NCBI GenBank assembly: GCA_964016885.1
Contig: OZ024757.1
Span: 9,362,001 to 9,426,000, forward strand
Reading direction: 5' to 3'
Length of the DNA stretch: 64,000 bases
DNA from: Eledone cirrhosa
Lineage: Eukaryota
Under the pieces are notes generated by a model that made no database searches, was not told the origin of the DNA, and saw only the letters and a list, made by a program, of their open reading frames with translations. Made by a program: the position numbers and the translations under genes. This document shows, piece after piece, positions 15,963-27,089 of this stretch (within the stretch, counting starts at the first letter, position 1; each line of letters opens with the position of its first letter).

Positions 15963-16028
15963 GTTCTTTGGAGACAGCATTAGTAGGTATGCTTGGCGCA
16001 GAGACTAAGTTCTCTACAGGGGAAATAA
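15963..16028 (-). CDS. Diverged exon B copy, ISPVENLVSAPSIPTNAVSKE
   Basis: 66 nt, cag acceptor, gtaaat donor, open frame; lies inside ORF-track entry 15862..16050. Confidence 0.55.
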
Positions 16029-16464
16029 CTGGAAAAAAATACGGAAGCAAATAATAGGAAAGCTACAAGGTTTTCTTGGCAAGAGTTTGTTGTCAATTTG
16101 AGGAACTGGTAGAATAAGGTATCGTATTTTAAATTAGCTATAACTCTTTAGTTATATCTGGGGCGTCTGGAATCGTAATACAAATATTACAGATTCCCAC
16201 TGGTCCTAAAGAACAAATATATATGATGGTATAGCCAAATATTTAGAGCATTGTCAGATCTAGGGGATATGTGTATGAGGAGTATAAACAACGAAGGTAG
16301 ATCAGAAATAGTGAAGAAGTGTCGGAGGAAATTTTGTTAAATATGAGAACACTGAATCTGTGAGATAATTCCATCTACCTCAATGTATCTAGTGCAACAT
16401 TCATCTTCTCTTTTGAGCCAAATATAAAGAAAATAATAGTAAACCTATATGTATATATAGGAAT

Positions 16465-16536
16465 AATTGGTTTTTATTTTGGCACAAGGCCAGCAATTAG
16501 CCAGTAGATTACTGGAACTTTATTTTATCGACCCCG
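16465..16536 (-). mobile_element. 3' fragment of the same SINE
   Basis: tttggcacaaggccagcaatt...actggaactttattttatcgacccc matches 15157-15215; it is cut by a deletion into unit sequence. Confidence 0.7.
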
Positions 16537-16926
16537 TTATAACTAAAATGTATTCTTACATACACACGCATACAGTGTGTGCACACAGAACATCACACTC
16601 ACTTACGCACACACAGTACTCAAACACATCATTACACAAACTACACTGCAAAAGCCGCCAATGGACAAACGCACACAACCTGTTACTCGATAATGTTATA
16701 TACAACCCAATATACATATATGTATACATCAACATACGCAAAACACCAGCATGACTTCATTTATATATATATACACACTATTTTATTCATCAGTTCCAGC
16801 ATACACAATATATAGTCTTCCATGTTTACAAATATATAATGTAATCTCGATTTGAGATTAATGTTGAAACACGTGTCATAGTTTTCTGTACAGACTAATA
16901 GAAAGTTTGGTTGAAATATAACTTAC

Positions 16927-16992
16927 GTTCTTTGGAGACAGTATCTGTTAGTTTGTCTGGCTGAGAGACAAAGTTCTCTACAGGAGACATAA
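16927..16992 (-). CDS. Diverged exon B copy, MSPVENFVSQPDKLTDTVSKE
   Basis: 66 nt, ttttttttccag acceptor, gtaagt donor, open frame. Confidence 0.65.
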
Positions 16993-17589
16993 CTGGAAAA
17001 AAAATACGGAAGAAATTAATAGGAAAACTAGAAGGTTTTTTTGTGAAGAGTTTGTTGTTAATTTGAGGAAATGATAGAATAAGTTGTTTTTTTAATCAAT
17101 TCGAACCATTTCTTTGGTTTGTTCTGTCAATGTCATTCTTTCTTATTCCACACATGTAAAACTTCCGAAAGGAGTAAAGTGTGGCTAGTCATATGTGAGG
17201 TGTCTGCTATTATGACACAAATATTGTACAGTTTCCTACTGGTCCGGAAGAACAGATATACTATTTCTCTACAGCAGTCTTAACTGGAATATGTAAGGAT
17301 GAAAATAATAAGTAACCCTTTCTTTTACCCCCCTTTGAACGTCCCTAATTATAGAGGTCAATAAAATATTTATCCTGGATTATGATAGGGAGTTTTTAAT
17401 ATAAAAATGTGTTATTCTTGCCTGAATTAAGTTGTTTGAAATTTACGGTTCAAAACTTAAATAAATTACTGAATAACTTAATATATAATGTTTAAATTAG
17501 ACGTTTTAAAAGTATTTTAGGCATTATTGGTGCACTGAGAAGAGAATACAGTGGAACGGTCACCTGGAAAATATATTGAGAATATTAAA

Positions 17590-17692
17590 CCAGTCTGCTG
17601 ATAAGCAAATCTGGCTAATCAGTGGATCTGCTAATATGCAGATTTGACTGATCAACCAGTCTGCTAATATGCAAATCAGGCCGATCAGTCAC
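17590..17692. repeat. Three imperfect ~33 bp tandem repeats
   Basis: tctgctgataagcaaatctggctaatca / tctgctaatatgcagatttgactgatca / tctgctaatatgcaaatcaggccgatca. Confidence 0.7.
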
Positions 17693-17737
17693 TGTGTATT
17701 TTTGAAAATAGCATATATTTTCACTAGCTCTGACAGT

Positions 17738-17817
17738 TTGGCAGGTGAACAGTAGGCTGTACTGATGAAGGGTGATACCTAGAAACATTAGTGTCTGCAG
17801 TTCTGTTCACATGCCAA
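17738..17817 (+). ncRNA. Minimal type-I hammerhead-ribozyme-like motif (Penelope pLTR type)
   Basis: CTGATGA (17762-68), stem II AGG/CCT, GAAAC (17782-86), near-palindromic short stem III CATTAGTG, GTC triplet (17793-95). Flanks GGCAGGTGAACAGTAGGCTGTA and TGCAGTTCTGTTCACATGCC pair over ~19 bp. One extra A before GAAA is non-canonical. Confidence 0.7.
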
Positions 17818-18489
17818 CACAAGAGCAAGAATGAAGGGTTCATTATACTGACATGGCTATAAAATTGAGGCTTGTTTGTATAATTGCAATCAGCTTTCAA
17901 GTCTGTTGATTTGAATTCGGGTATTGAAACAAATATTGATATAGTTCGGGAGAGTTATGTTTGCAATGAAATCATATATACTAATTGAATATTCTGCTTG
18001 TGACGCTAAACTCCGCCTGTTGCAGACTGCGCAGCAACCATTCCATTGCTGTTTGATGATAGTTTGTGACAGAGATATACAAACTCCGTAACTTGAGCAA
18101 TTGCTGGGTTTATTACTAGTTAAGTAACGAACTCCCGACCTCATCAACAGAACCACTGAATGCAACTTTCACCTGTGACCTGACAAGTTGTGTGATATTT
18201 AGTATGTATGTACTATTCCTTCACCCATCTATTGACGTTGCTGTTACTGTGGAAAACTGTGAGGTTATGGTCCCCGTGAGTGATGTAGAATGCCCTGAGT
18301 GTCAATCAGGGTCCAGTGAATCCTCCCTAGACTCATTTGTGACAAAGAATATCTACACAATTATTATGTTTTGCCGTCTCTGTCCCACCAGTTTGTGATG
18401 TAGCAGACCACCACCCATTATTCCAATGACAAAAAAGATGGAGCGCGTGGACCTGAGCTATAAAGACCCCCCGAAAACCATGATCAGAC

Positions 18490-18800
18490 AAGGAAAATTG
18501 TCAGTATAAGAACAATATTGAGGGGCTAACATCGGTCAGCATCACCCGTGATTTAGCCAATCTCTTTATTATATTGTTGGAAAGGGCACATAAAGAAAGA
18601 GTAGCCAATAACTATTTACCCCTAAATATGTACTCCCATTATGTAGAGATTATTTGTATAGTAGTATAGACATGCCGCTAAAGAAATCATCAAGGGACTA
18701 GAAATAAACGGTATGGAAATCATTCAGCAAATAAATACCCAACTCCATCCACTAGAGTATCAACATACACTGCCCAAACCACAGACTACCTGTCTTAGAC
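18490..18800 (+). pseudogene. Decayed Penelope-like reverse transcriptase fragment
   Basis: Manual translation QYKNNIEGLTSVSITRDLANLFIILLE...PLNMYSHYVEIICI resembles the PLE RT pattern G..MGS..SP.LANLFM..LE...RYVDDI. Confidence 0.45.
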
Positions 18801-19235
18801 ACACAACTCTGTATTCTTCTTCTTTTCGTGTCCAAAAGAGTGCCAGTTATAAAGCTTGGCTAGATGTATTCTATTTTTATTGTCATTTTGACTTATTTAT
18901 ACTTTCTTAAACGAAAATCCCATTGCTGAATTCTAACAATAGTGAATACTCACTTCCACCATTATAGGCTTACTGATGAAGTGTGATAAATAATTAAGTA
19001 TTGCATATGATTGAACAATATATATTGTAGTCAGCACATGTAGACAATTATCTATATATATAAAACTGATGTTGTCTGTATGTCCTCATTTTTGCAAAGT
19101 CTATACAACTCCACATTTCTACTCCGATTGACTTCAAACTTGTTAAATTTGTTGTGTCTCTCCTTTGTTCTATCCTACACCATCTTGTTTTTGTATGTTG
19201 TGTGTTGTGTGCTCAGTTTGCGTATGCAATACATC

Positions 19236-19310
19236 CGTGTGTGCGTGCGCGCGCGCGCGCGTGTGTGTATGTGTGTGTGTGTGTGTGTGCGTTTGTGTGT
19301 GTGTGTGTTT
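19236..19310. repeat. (GT)n/(GC)n microsatellite
   Basis: Directly visible. Confidence 0.9.
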
Positions 19311-19449
19311 ATTTATTATTTATGTTTATTTATTTGTCACTAGTTGGTTGTTTGTTCTATCTGTGTGTGTTTGTTTTGTTAGTTTGTTTTTTGTGTGTGT
19401 CTTTATGTCTTCATTTTGTCCTTAATTACTAGTTGTGATGTTGCTATTC

Positions 19450-19990
19450 CACTCATGTTTTCTGTTTAATTTTGGGTGGAGTTCGTTTATATTCGTCGCC
19501 CCTGTGATTTGCCTGAACATTGCATCTTTTCTGTGCGTGCATATCATTTTTAATCTCTATGTTCTCTAATGTGCCCCAATGTTCTATTTTGGCATGTTGG
19601 TGGAGTACTGATGAGTTTTTCCCATCCTGGAGTTCTCGCCAGTATTCACTTGCTCCTATGCTACGGAGTGTTTCACCTATCTATGTTATATTCTTATTCC
19701 TACACTGTCCGTCAGTACATCTTATGCTATATACTACGTTCCTAATTGTTGCAGTTGGTTGCGGGCTTAGCTTGCAGACTTTGCATTTCCTATCACCACA
19801 GGGGGTTCTTTGAAATGGGTGTGTTTGGCTAATTAGGGTTTTTATGGAATACCTGGTCTTTCAATTACCTTAATATTTGATTTGAGCTTATCTAGGGCCC
19901 TTCTAAATCTGTAAGCCAGTTCGCCTCTAGGGATTGTATTGACGAACATTACTTATTCCTAATCCTTTCTATTATGTTCCAAAATTGCTC
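19450..19990 (-). mobile_element. Penelope-like element 3' fragment with a decayed GIY-YIG endonuclease
   Basis: Minus-strand translation of 19800-19640 is CGDRKCKVC...NVVYSIRCTDGQCRNKNIT*IGETLRSIG, i.e. VVY..C..C..YIGET.R with the Tyr codon mutated to a stop. Confidence 0.75.
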
Positions 19991-20851
19991 CTATACATGG
20001 GACAAGTTCCATATATATATATATATTAATAAAAACGATGAAGATTCGTGGCATGTATTTAGTTTTTGTATTGTGTATCAACCTGCTACGCGCGTTTCGT
20101 AGCGGATTGGCTCAGGTTAACCCATAGAAGTTATGGATCCGACTCCATTATCGATCTGCTCTTCTTACTGGCGATCCGACAAAAAATATCGTATATATAT
20201 ATATGTGTGTTGAAAGAGGGAGAAAAAGTAAAGGAGAGATTATATTATTTATTCAAGTGTGAGCCACATAAGCACTGATATAGAGTTACTGTCCTTGAGT
20301 TCAAACTTCATCCCCTTCTTTTTTCACTATGTGGGACGTTTCCCTCACCACATCACATTGAATGATGTTATTTAAAGAGTGACAATTTTGCTGTTTTTTA
20401 GGCATAACTGGAACTGGTTGGTCTTAACCACGGTGATACTTAGTGTCGCGGAGGTGTAACTCCTTTTATCATTCAACGAGGGAAAATGATTCCATGTTTT
20501 GTGACATACTCCAGCACTAAAATTGTCACTTCAGCCAATGATCAAAATACAGCCACTCACAAGGCAGAAGAGGAACAGAAAATGGATAAATTAACAAGAT
20601 TTTTTTTTACAATCTCTTCGCGCTTCTGCGACTAGCATTTCCCTCCGTTGAGAGGAAGGGTATCATGCCTGAGAAATAAGTCCGGAGAGATACATTGGCT
20701 TATACAGCTAATATTGCTAGTCTTCTGTTCTGTGGGGCGGCGTAAAACAGACAAGTTGTTTAGAAGTTGTGTACTTATATTTTGGAGAAATAAAATTATA
20801 TCCTAGTGTGTTATTTACAATTTAACAAACTGGGTTTATTATAACGTACTT

Positions 20852-21055
20852 TAAGGGCGGTGGATTGGCAGTATTGGTAGAGTGTCGGACAGCATGCTTT
20901 GTGGCATATAGTTACAGCATTTTACGTTCTGAGTTCAAAACTTACCTAGATTAGCTTTGCCAGTAACATGTACGGGGTCAATAACATAAACTACTAGTAA
21001 TACACTAGGGTAGATTTAATCGTCTTTCCCTTCAAATTGCTGGCTTTGTGTAGAA
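20852..21055 (+). mobile_element. Diverged tRNA-derived SINE
   Basis: ggcggtggattggcagtattggtagagtgtcgga...ttctgagttcaaa...aattgctggctttgtg; this is the reverse complement of the 15.2 kb and 47 kb copies. Confidence 0.7.
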
Positions 21056-21070
21056 AGAATTATAACTTAC

Positions 21071-21296
21071 CAGGCTGCATATCGATTGTGTGCGATTCAT
21101 TAACATTCGCTGTGGCTGTTGGAAACTCCACAGTCTGAGGTGCAGGATCGATAGGTGTTATATTATATTGTTCCTGCTTCTTTTGTCGTGGTCGGCGACG
21201 TTTTTCACGATAGCACGGGCAGACGGACTCAGCAAGCCGTCGGGCCCTTTCAGCACATCTTCGGAGAAAGCCGCGGCGCTTTTTTGGCTCCGACAT
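21071..21296 (-). CDS. Putative first coding exon of the repeat-protein gene (MSEPKKRRGFLRRCAERARRLAESVCPCYREKRRR...HTIDMQP); product unknown
   Basis: ATG at 21296, then 75 codons plus 1 nt, ending in G|gtaagtta (phase 1, matching exons A and B). It is a GC-richer, non-repetitive ORF in an AT-rich setting. Confidence 0.6.
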
Positions 21297-21554
21297 TATC
21301 AAAAAAAATTAATAAAGAAACAAAAAGATAAAAACAAAACAAACAAACAGATAAACACAAAAACAAATGAGATCAGTTATCAAACACTCAATCAATCAAA
21401 CAAACAATCAGACAATGTAGATCAATTATCAGCAGTAATAAATTTCTGGATTGTTATACAGAAGAATAATTTGTATAAAATACAAAATACACTTGTACAC
21501 TTTCGAGAAAATATTTCACTAATGGCGGAAAATATTGATATAGTATGAATCTAT

Positions 21555-21726
21555 AGGTATACATACATATATATATATATACATACACAAATACATACAT
21601 ACACACATATATACATACACACATACATACATACACACATATATATATACACACACTCACATTTATATATATATATACATGCACATACATGTATACATGC
21701 ATAAACACACCCATACATACAGATAG

Positions 21727-21759
<33 letters not shown>

Positions 21760-21781
21760 GATATATATATATATTTGCCTC

Positions 21782-21870
<89 letters not shown>
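21555..21870. repeat. Compound (TA)n/(CA)n/(TG)n microsatellite
   Basis: Directly visible. Confidence 0.9.
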
Positions 21871-21872
<2 letters not shown>

Positions 21873-21957
21873 GACGTCATAATAGCAAATGACGTCATAA
21901 TAGCAAATCGAGAAATCCGTGAAAATACATTCATATAATTTAACGTCCTGGATTCGA

Positions 21958-21970
21958 ATGATGGTGGTGG

Positions 21971-22001
<31 letters not shown>

Positions 22002-22450
22002 GATGGTGGTGGTGTTGGAGGTGGTTGTGCTGGTGATGGTTGTGCTGGTGATGGTTGTGGTGGTGGTGGTGGTGATGGTGGTGGTGGTGCTGGTGATGAT
22101 TTTGCTGGTGATGGTTGTGGTGGTGGTGGTAATGGTGGTGGTGTTGGAGGTGGTGGTGCTGGTGGTGGTGGTAATGGTGGTGGTGGTGGTGGTGGTGGCA
22201 ATGGTGGTGGTGTTGGAGGTGGTGGTGCTGGTGGTGGTGGTAATGGTGGTGGTGGTGGTGGTGGTGGTAATGGTGGTGGTGTTGAAGGTGGTGGTGCTGG
22301 TGGTGGTGGTAATGGTGGTGGTGGTAATGGTGGTGGTGTTGGAGGTGGTGGTGTTGGAGGTGGTGGTGCTGGTGGTGGTGGTGGTGGTGCTGGTGGTGGT
22401 GGTGCTGGTGATGGTTGTGGTGGTGATGGTTGTGGTGGTGGTGGTGCTGG

Positions 22451-22481
<31 letters not shown>

Positions 22482-22735
22482 GATGGTGGTGGTGGTGATG
22501 GTTGTGGTGGTGCTGGTGGTGGTGGTGCTGGTGGTGGTGGTGCTGGTGGTGGTGGTGCTGGTGGTGGTGGTGCTGGTGGTGGTGGTGCTGGTGGTGATGG
22601 TTGTGGTGGTGCTGGTGGTGGTGGAGGTGGTGGTGATGGTGGGGGTGGTGGTGGTGGTGGTGCTGGTGGTGGTGGTGCTGGTGGTGGTGGTGCTGGTGGT
22701 GGTGGTGGAGGTGGTGGTGGTGGTGATGGTGCTGG
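21958..22735. repeat. Degenerate (GGT)n trinucleotide tract, ~780 bp
   Basis: GGT with in-register GCT/GAT/AAT/TGT interruptions and internal sub-repeats. It produces the poly-Pro and poly-Val ORFs in the track. Confidence 0.95.
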
Positions 22736-22944
22736 AGAAAAAAATCTTATGTAGTTTTCTTCCAAATTAAGTTCACCGCCTTCTCTTTCATCTTGTCTTC
22801 CTTCGCCTCCATATCTGGTGTAGGTGAGCTATGAGGCCTCAGTCATACCAACACTTTCCCTTCTACCCATGTGCAGCCACTCACCCCTGATGCCGCTTGG
22901 TGTCCCTGTCCCCGGCTCCATGCCCCATCCTCCATCCCCAACAG

Positions 22945-23095
22945 TCGACATCTGCAGTACTTGCAGCACCACGAACAAACGGAAGAGGGGCCGGAACTGT
23001 TCGGGGTGCGACTGCTTCCACCACATCACCTGTGTTGGCTTGACGCGTCGAGCTTACAGTGCCCTCGCAGCGTGGAGATGCAGAATCTGTCTCTT
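22945..23095 (+). pseudogene. PHD-finger coding fragment, probably retrotransposon-derived
   Basis: CSTC...CSGC..FHHITC...WRCRIC fits C4HC3 with the conserved Trp. There is no further recognisable coding context. Confidence 0.55.
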
Positions 23096-23599
23096 CCCCT
23101 CGTCTGCCCAGCCACGGACGTCTGGTACTCCACCTGATGAGACAGCGAGCTTGTCTGATGTCCAAGCCTCGCTGTTTTTTATTTTTACACGATTGTATGT
23201 AAAATCCCCGACATGTCTTAGTTTTGTCTCCTTTCCTTGTGCGCCCTTGTGGCTAATAAACAAATATATCTATCTATCAATATATATATATATATATATA
23301 TCTATCAATATATATATATATATATATATATATTTATTTATTTATTTATTTATATATGGGTTGGTGCGGACGGATAAGTCCTGGTGGTGTTTCTACCAAG
23401 GTTATTGGGCTGCTGCCTATTGTGTGCTCCGCGCATCTTAGCCCCATGTGCTAACCTACCCCCTGCTGGACCGCACTGGGTTACCCTATGCTTGCCGGTA
23501 GGTGTTGGTGAGATACCGTCACCATTATTAAGCCTGTATGCGGGGAATTTTTCTAGTAGGTTGCTGTTAATTCTATTGACCGAACGAAATTGGTACGGG

Positions 23600-25200
23600 T
23601 GTGGGGGTCTCCCTGGCCTACCGCCCTTGTTGTTATGATGCTGGCCAAAGCTATCCGCATTACTAGTTCGACCTGTATGTTTCCCTTTAACAATCCCACT
23701 GCCACGGTGGTTATTGGTGCGGCACGCTATTACACTGGTCCTATGGGAAGGGGGCCTAGTAGAGCCTGCGTCATAGATATACGAAATCCTGTTGCTATAA
23801 CCTCATTCAGCCAGTGCTTTGTTGTAGTAGTCGGCAGTTTGGTCAATGTGGTCCTTGTTGGCCGACAGCCTCGAGATTCTATGTGAGATGCTACTCACTA
23901 TAGAGTTAAGTGTAGATTTGGGGTGATTAGATGCTTTGTTGATGTAAGACAGGACCTCATCTGGCTTGTGGTATGGTCTGTATGAGCCAGTATCTTATTC
24001 TAACGTTACATCCAGGAAGTTAACTATTTTATGGTTGTGGTAAATTGGAACTGAGAGGCCGTACGTTTTAAAGAACTTATGTATATGCTTATTGATGTTT
24101 TCTATCCTACGGGGTCTGTGATTCCTTACAGTAAATAAGGCGTCGTCCCTATATATACCTCTTTGTAGTACAGGGGTCTCGTCTCTGAGCTTGTGTAGGG
24201 GATATATTCCAGCCAGGTCGGTTACCTGCGCCGAGTCACTCGACCCCCATCGTGATATCAAAATTTTCAGGACGGTTGGCTCGGGTCCAGTAAGAGCCTT
24301 CGAAGTGAATGATAGTTCGTCTCGCTGCAAGCATTATGTCTATTTCTTTTTTTAGTTAAACTAGTGTTAGATCTAGCTAAGATGATGGCCTTATTTAGGA
24401 GTATAGGGGAGATAGAGGCGTAGTAATTATCTATGTCGAACTGAATACATTTTAAAGAGACCTTATCAGGTATATCTGTGAACCATTTGATGACCTGGTC
24501 AGTATTGTTCCAAAGACGGACCTTGGCCTTACTATTTAGTACGAGTATTATCCTATCAATGATCACTTTGCTAATTCTACCTATATCCGAAGTGGAGGGG
24601 CATATTAATCTAACTGAAGGTCTTTTAAAATTACATTTATGATCCTTAAGAGTCTGTGTATTTATCTATATCTAAGCCAGTTACAATATTCTTACCTAAT
24701 CTATTTATGTCGTTTAATGTGCTTCTTGGTGATTTTTTGTAATTTTTGCTGAGCTTATTTGAGATGAATTGTCTATATCTACTTACATCCAACTTATACA
24801 GGTTCTTGGTTTTATCAGAGGCTACAAAAAGGTGCTTATTGTTCTTGATTTTAGTGATTAGGGGGTCCAGAGAAGTCAGGAAAGCATTAGTATACTTGCG
24901 TCTATTCTTAAACTTGACATTCTTGATCATGTTGAGCAGGTCTTCGGCAAAGGCGTCCAACAGTGTGTTGTGCGGTGGGTTCCTGTAGGCCTTAAATCCA
25001 TACCTTTCTTTAAGTGCCGGTTGTTTATCTGTATCCTTGTCCATATGGTAGGCCTTCCATCTGACTCTGCGTATAAACGAATTAGTCGCGGCGATGCGTT
25101 GTTTGAGATAAGTTTTTTCTGCTTGGTAACGCTATTGACTTGAGAGACATCGGTAACGGTTGTTTCTCCTACATAATGGCAAGTAGCGTGTTGAGATCTA
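23600..25200 (-). mobile_element. Decayed Penelope-like element, RT region
   Basis: Frameshifted fragments YGFK..RNPP, ASDKTKNLY, WNNTDQVIKWF, FDIDNYYASIS, GSSDSAQVTDLAG, GIYRDDAL and VNFLDVT occur in PLE RT order. Confidence 0.85.
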
Positions 25201-25995
25201 CTGATTGGAGAACGATAATAATAAGGTTAAAGTATCGTAGGAGAGGATGAAGCAGAGAGAAAGAAAGAGGTACGATACAGAATACTAAATGCCAATAGCC
25301 GAAGCGTAGCGTGCTCGATACTTGGGTTAGCAGGGTTAAATATTAGAGGAGGTTAATATTTAGCGTATGGTTTAAGCAGAGCGGGAATAAGCAAATGAAT
25401 GAGTCAGTGAAAGTGTTACAAGCCGTTAAAACATTTCTTTATATAGCTATTACACGTGTTTCGCACAGAGGGGCTCATCGGAATCAGATATTCCAATAGT
25501 TAGGTCTGTAAGTATAATTACCGTTGAGAAATTATCACAACTTCACATATTCCTGCATTCTGTTCGAAAATAGTAAACACAATGGCGTCGGTGAAAGGGA
25601 CATAACTCGCTAAGGGAGGTAATTACCCGGTGCCTGGCTGGATGTCACTCAGTTAGTTCTGGCCAATCCCAGCTATGGGAAATTTTTAACATTTTTTTTA
25701 ACATTAGCAGGGTGGGTCTGACCTAGTAGATATCATGCAGTGTTTTGGTGGGAAAAGAACAGACGGTTGATAGTGACATCATACCTTGCACACTGGTATA
25801 CCTAATGCAGGGGAGCTGTAGTAGAGTGTGATGTAGAAGGCTGTGGAGGTATGATGCTATTCAGGTTCAAGTTGTATGTTCATAAGTTTAATTAATCAAT
25901 TATGTTATTCGGGTTCAGGCAGTAGGTTAATTGTATCTCTCTGCTTTCATTCTTTGTATCTCTCCGCTTCATCCTCTTCTACGATACTTTAACCC

Positions 25996-25997
<2 letters not shown>

Positions 25998-26078
<81 letters not shown>
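25998..26078. repeat. (TA)n microsatellite; another lies at 26962-27084
   Basis: Directly visible. Confidence 0.95.
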
Positions 26079-26084
<6 letters not shown>

Positions 26085-26958
26085 GATCCGAAGGCATGGT
26101 ATAAATTTCCAATCATTCTAATCACGACACATGTTTCAGTAAGGGATGGATCGATCGTGTGATCATGATCGATTATCACTCACTAGAGTTTTCCTCCCCA
26201 TATGATGATTCAGCAGCCAAAACACGCCAGCTGCTATCGTCTTCAGTCAGGGTCACAATTCTCTCAAGTCTCTATCTCTCAATAGCTGTAAAAGAAGCTG
26301 GACAGGTTTAATCTCAGCATCAGATCTGTAGAATTTTGGTCGGTCACAATTAGTGTTAGTGAGTACGCACACACTTACACACACCGACGCGATGTCAGGG
26401 AGAAAATATATATACACACCAACACAGTATGCAGCGAAAGTTAGCTTACAAAACAACAAACGTTATATTGGTCAAATCTAAATTTTCACGATGTAAATTA
26501 GAAAAACATTGAGTCAACCACAGCCCTATACACACGCAAGTAAATTCCGTTCAACGTTCTGCTATACGTGTATATATTGAATTGTAACATCCGTATCGTC
26601 TAAATAGTGTATGTTTTGGTATATACACATCCATGTGAAGAGCAAGTAGTCAGCTCGTATCGAACTCTATATGTGCCGGTGTCCCGTTGAGAGTCTGAGT
26701 CCCCGAGTCTGTGCGTGCAAGCACCCGCCATGTAGGCCAACAAGGGGCTCCATGTAGGGTTGGGTATTTGAGTTAGGGTGTCAGTGTGTGCGTTTTCCCG
26801 TCAAATGGGCCCTCGGGCCCTTAAGATAAGCGTTTGAGACTTAAGATAAGTGTTATTAAATGAAATTGGAGATATACAAAAGCGTGGAGAACTTAATATT
26901 GCTAACAAAAGTTTATTGGACTGTATGAAACAACCAATAATACACCTTACTACATAAC

Positions 26959-27086
<128 letters not shown>

Positions 27087-27089
27087 TGA

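Larger units (their letters stand above)
13141..17570. repeat. Older, diverged and partly deleted copies of the same unit (about four)
   Basis: Recognisable unit blocks (aactaaaatgtattcttacatacacacgcat; gaaacacgtgtcatagt; ggagacag...aactggaa) recur near 13.15, 13.95, 15.57 and 16.54 kb. Divergence, internal deletions and SINE insertions increase towards 17.5 kb. Confidence 0.92.

Noticed and set aside
17500-17565. Exon-A-like segment in the oldest unit
   Set aside because: It has an acceptor but an in-frame TAA and no good donor; probably a dead copy.
20611-20668. Candidate internal exon (ctcag...gtaaaa) on the minus strand
   Set aside because: At 58 nt it would shift the frame, and the donor is weak.
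21551-22770. 404-aa poly-Pro (extensin or formin-like) and 283-aa poly-Val ORFs
   Set aside because: These are translations of a degenerate (GGT)n tract with non-ATG starts; the minus-strand one runs into (TA)n. There is no domain context.
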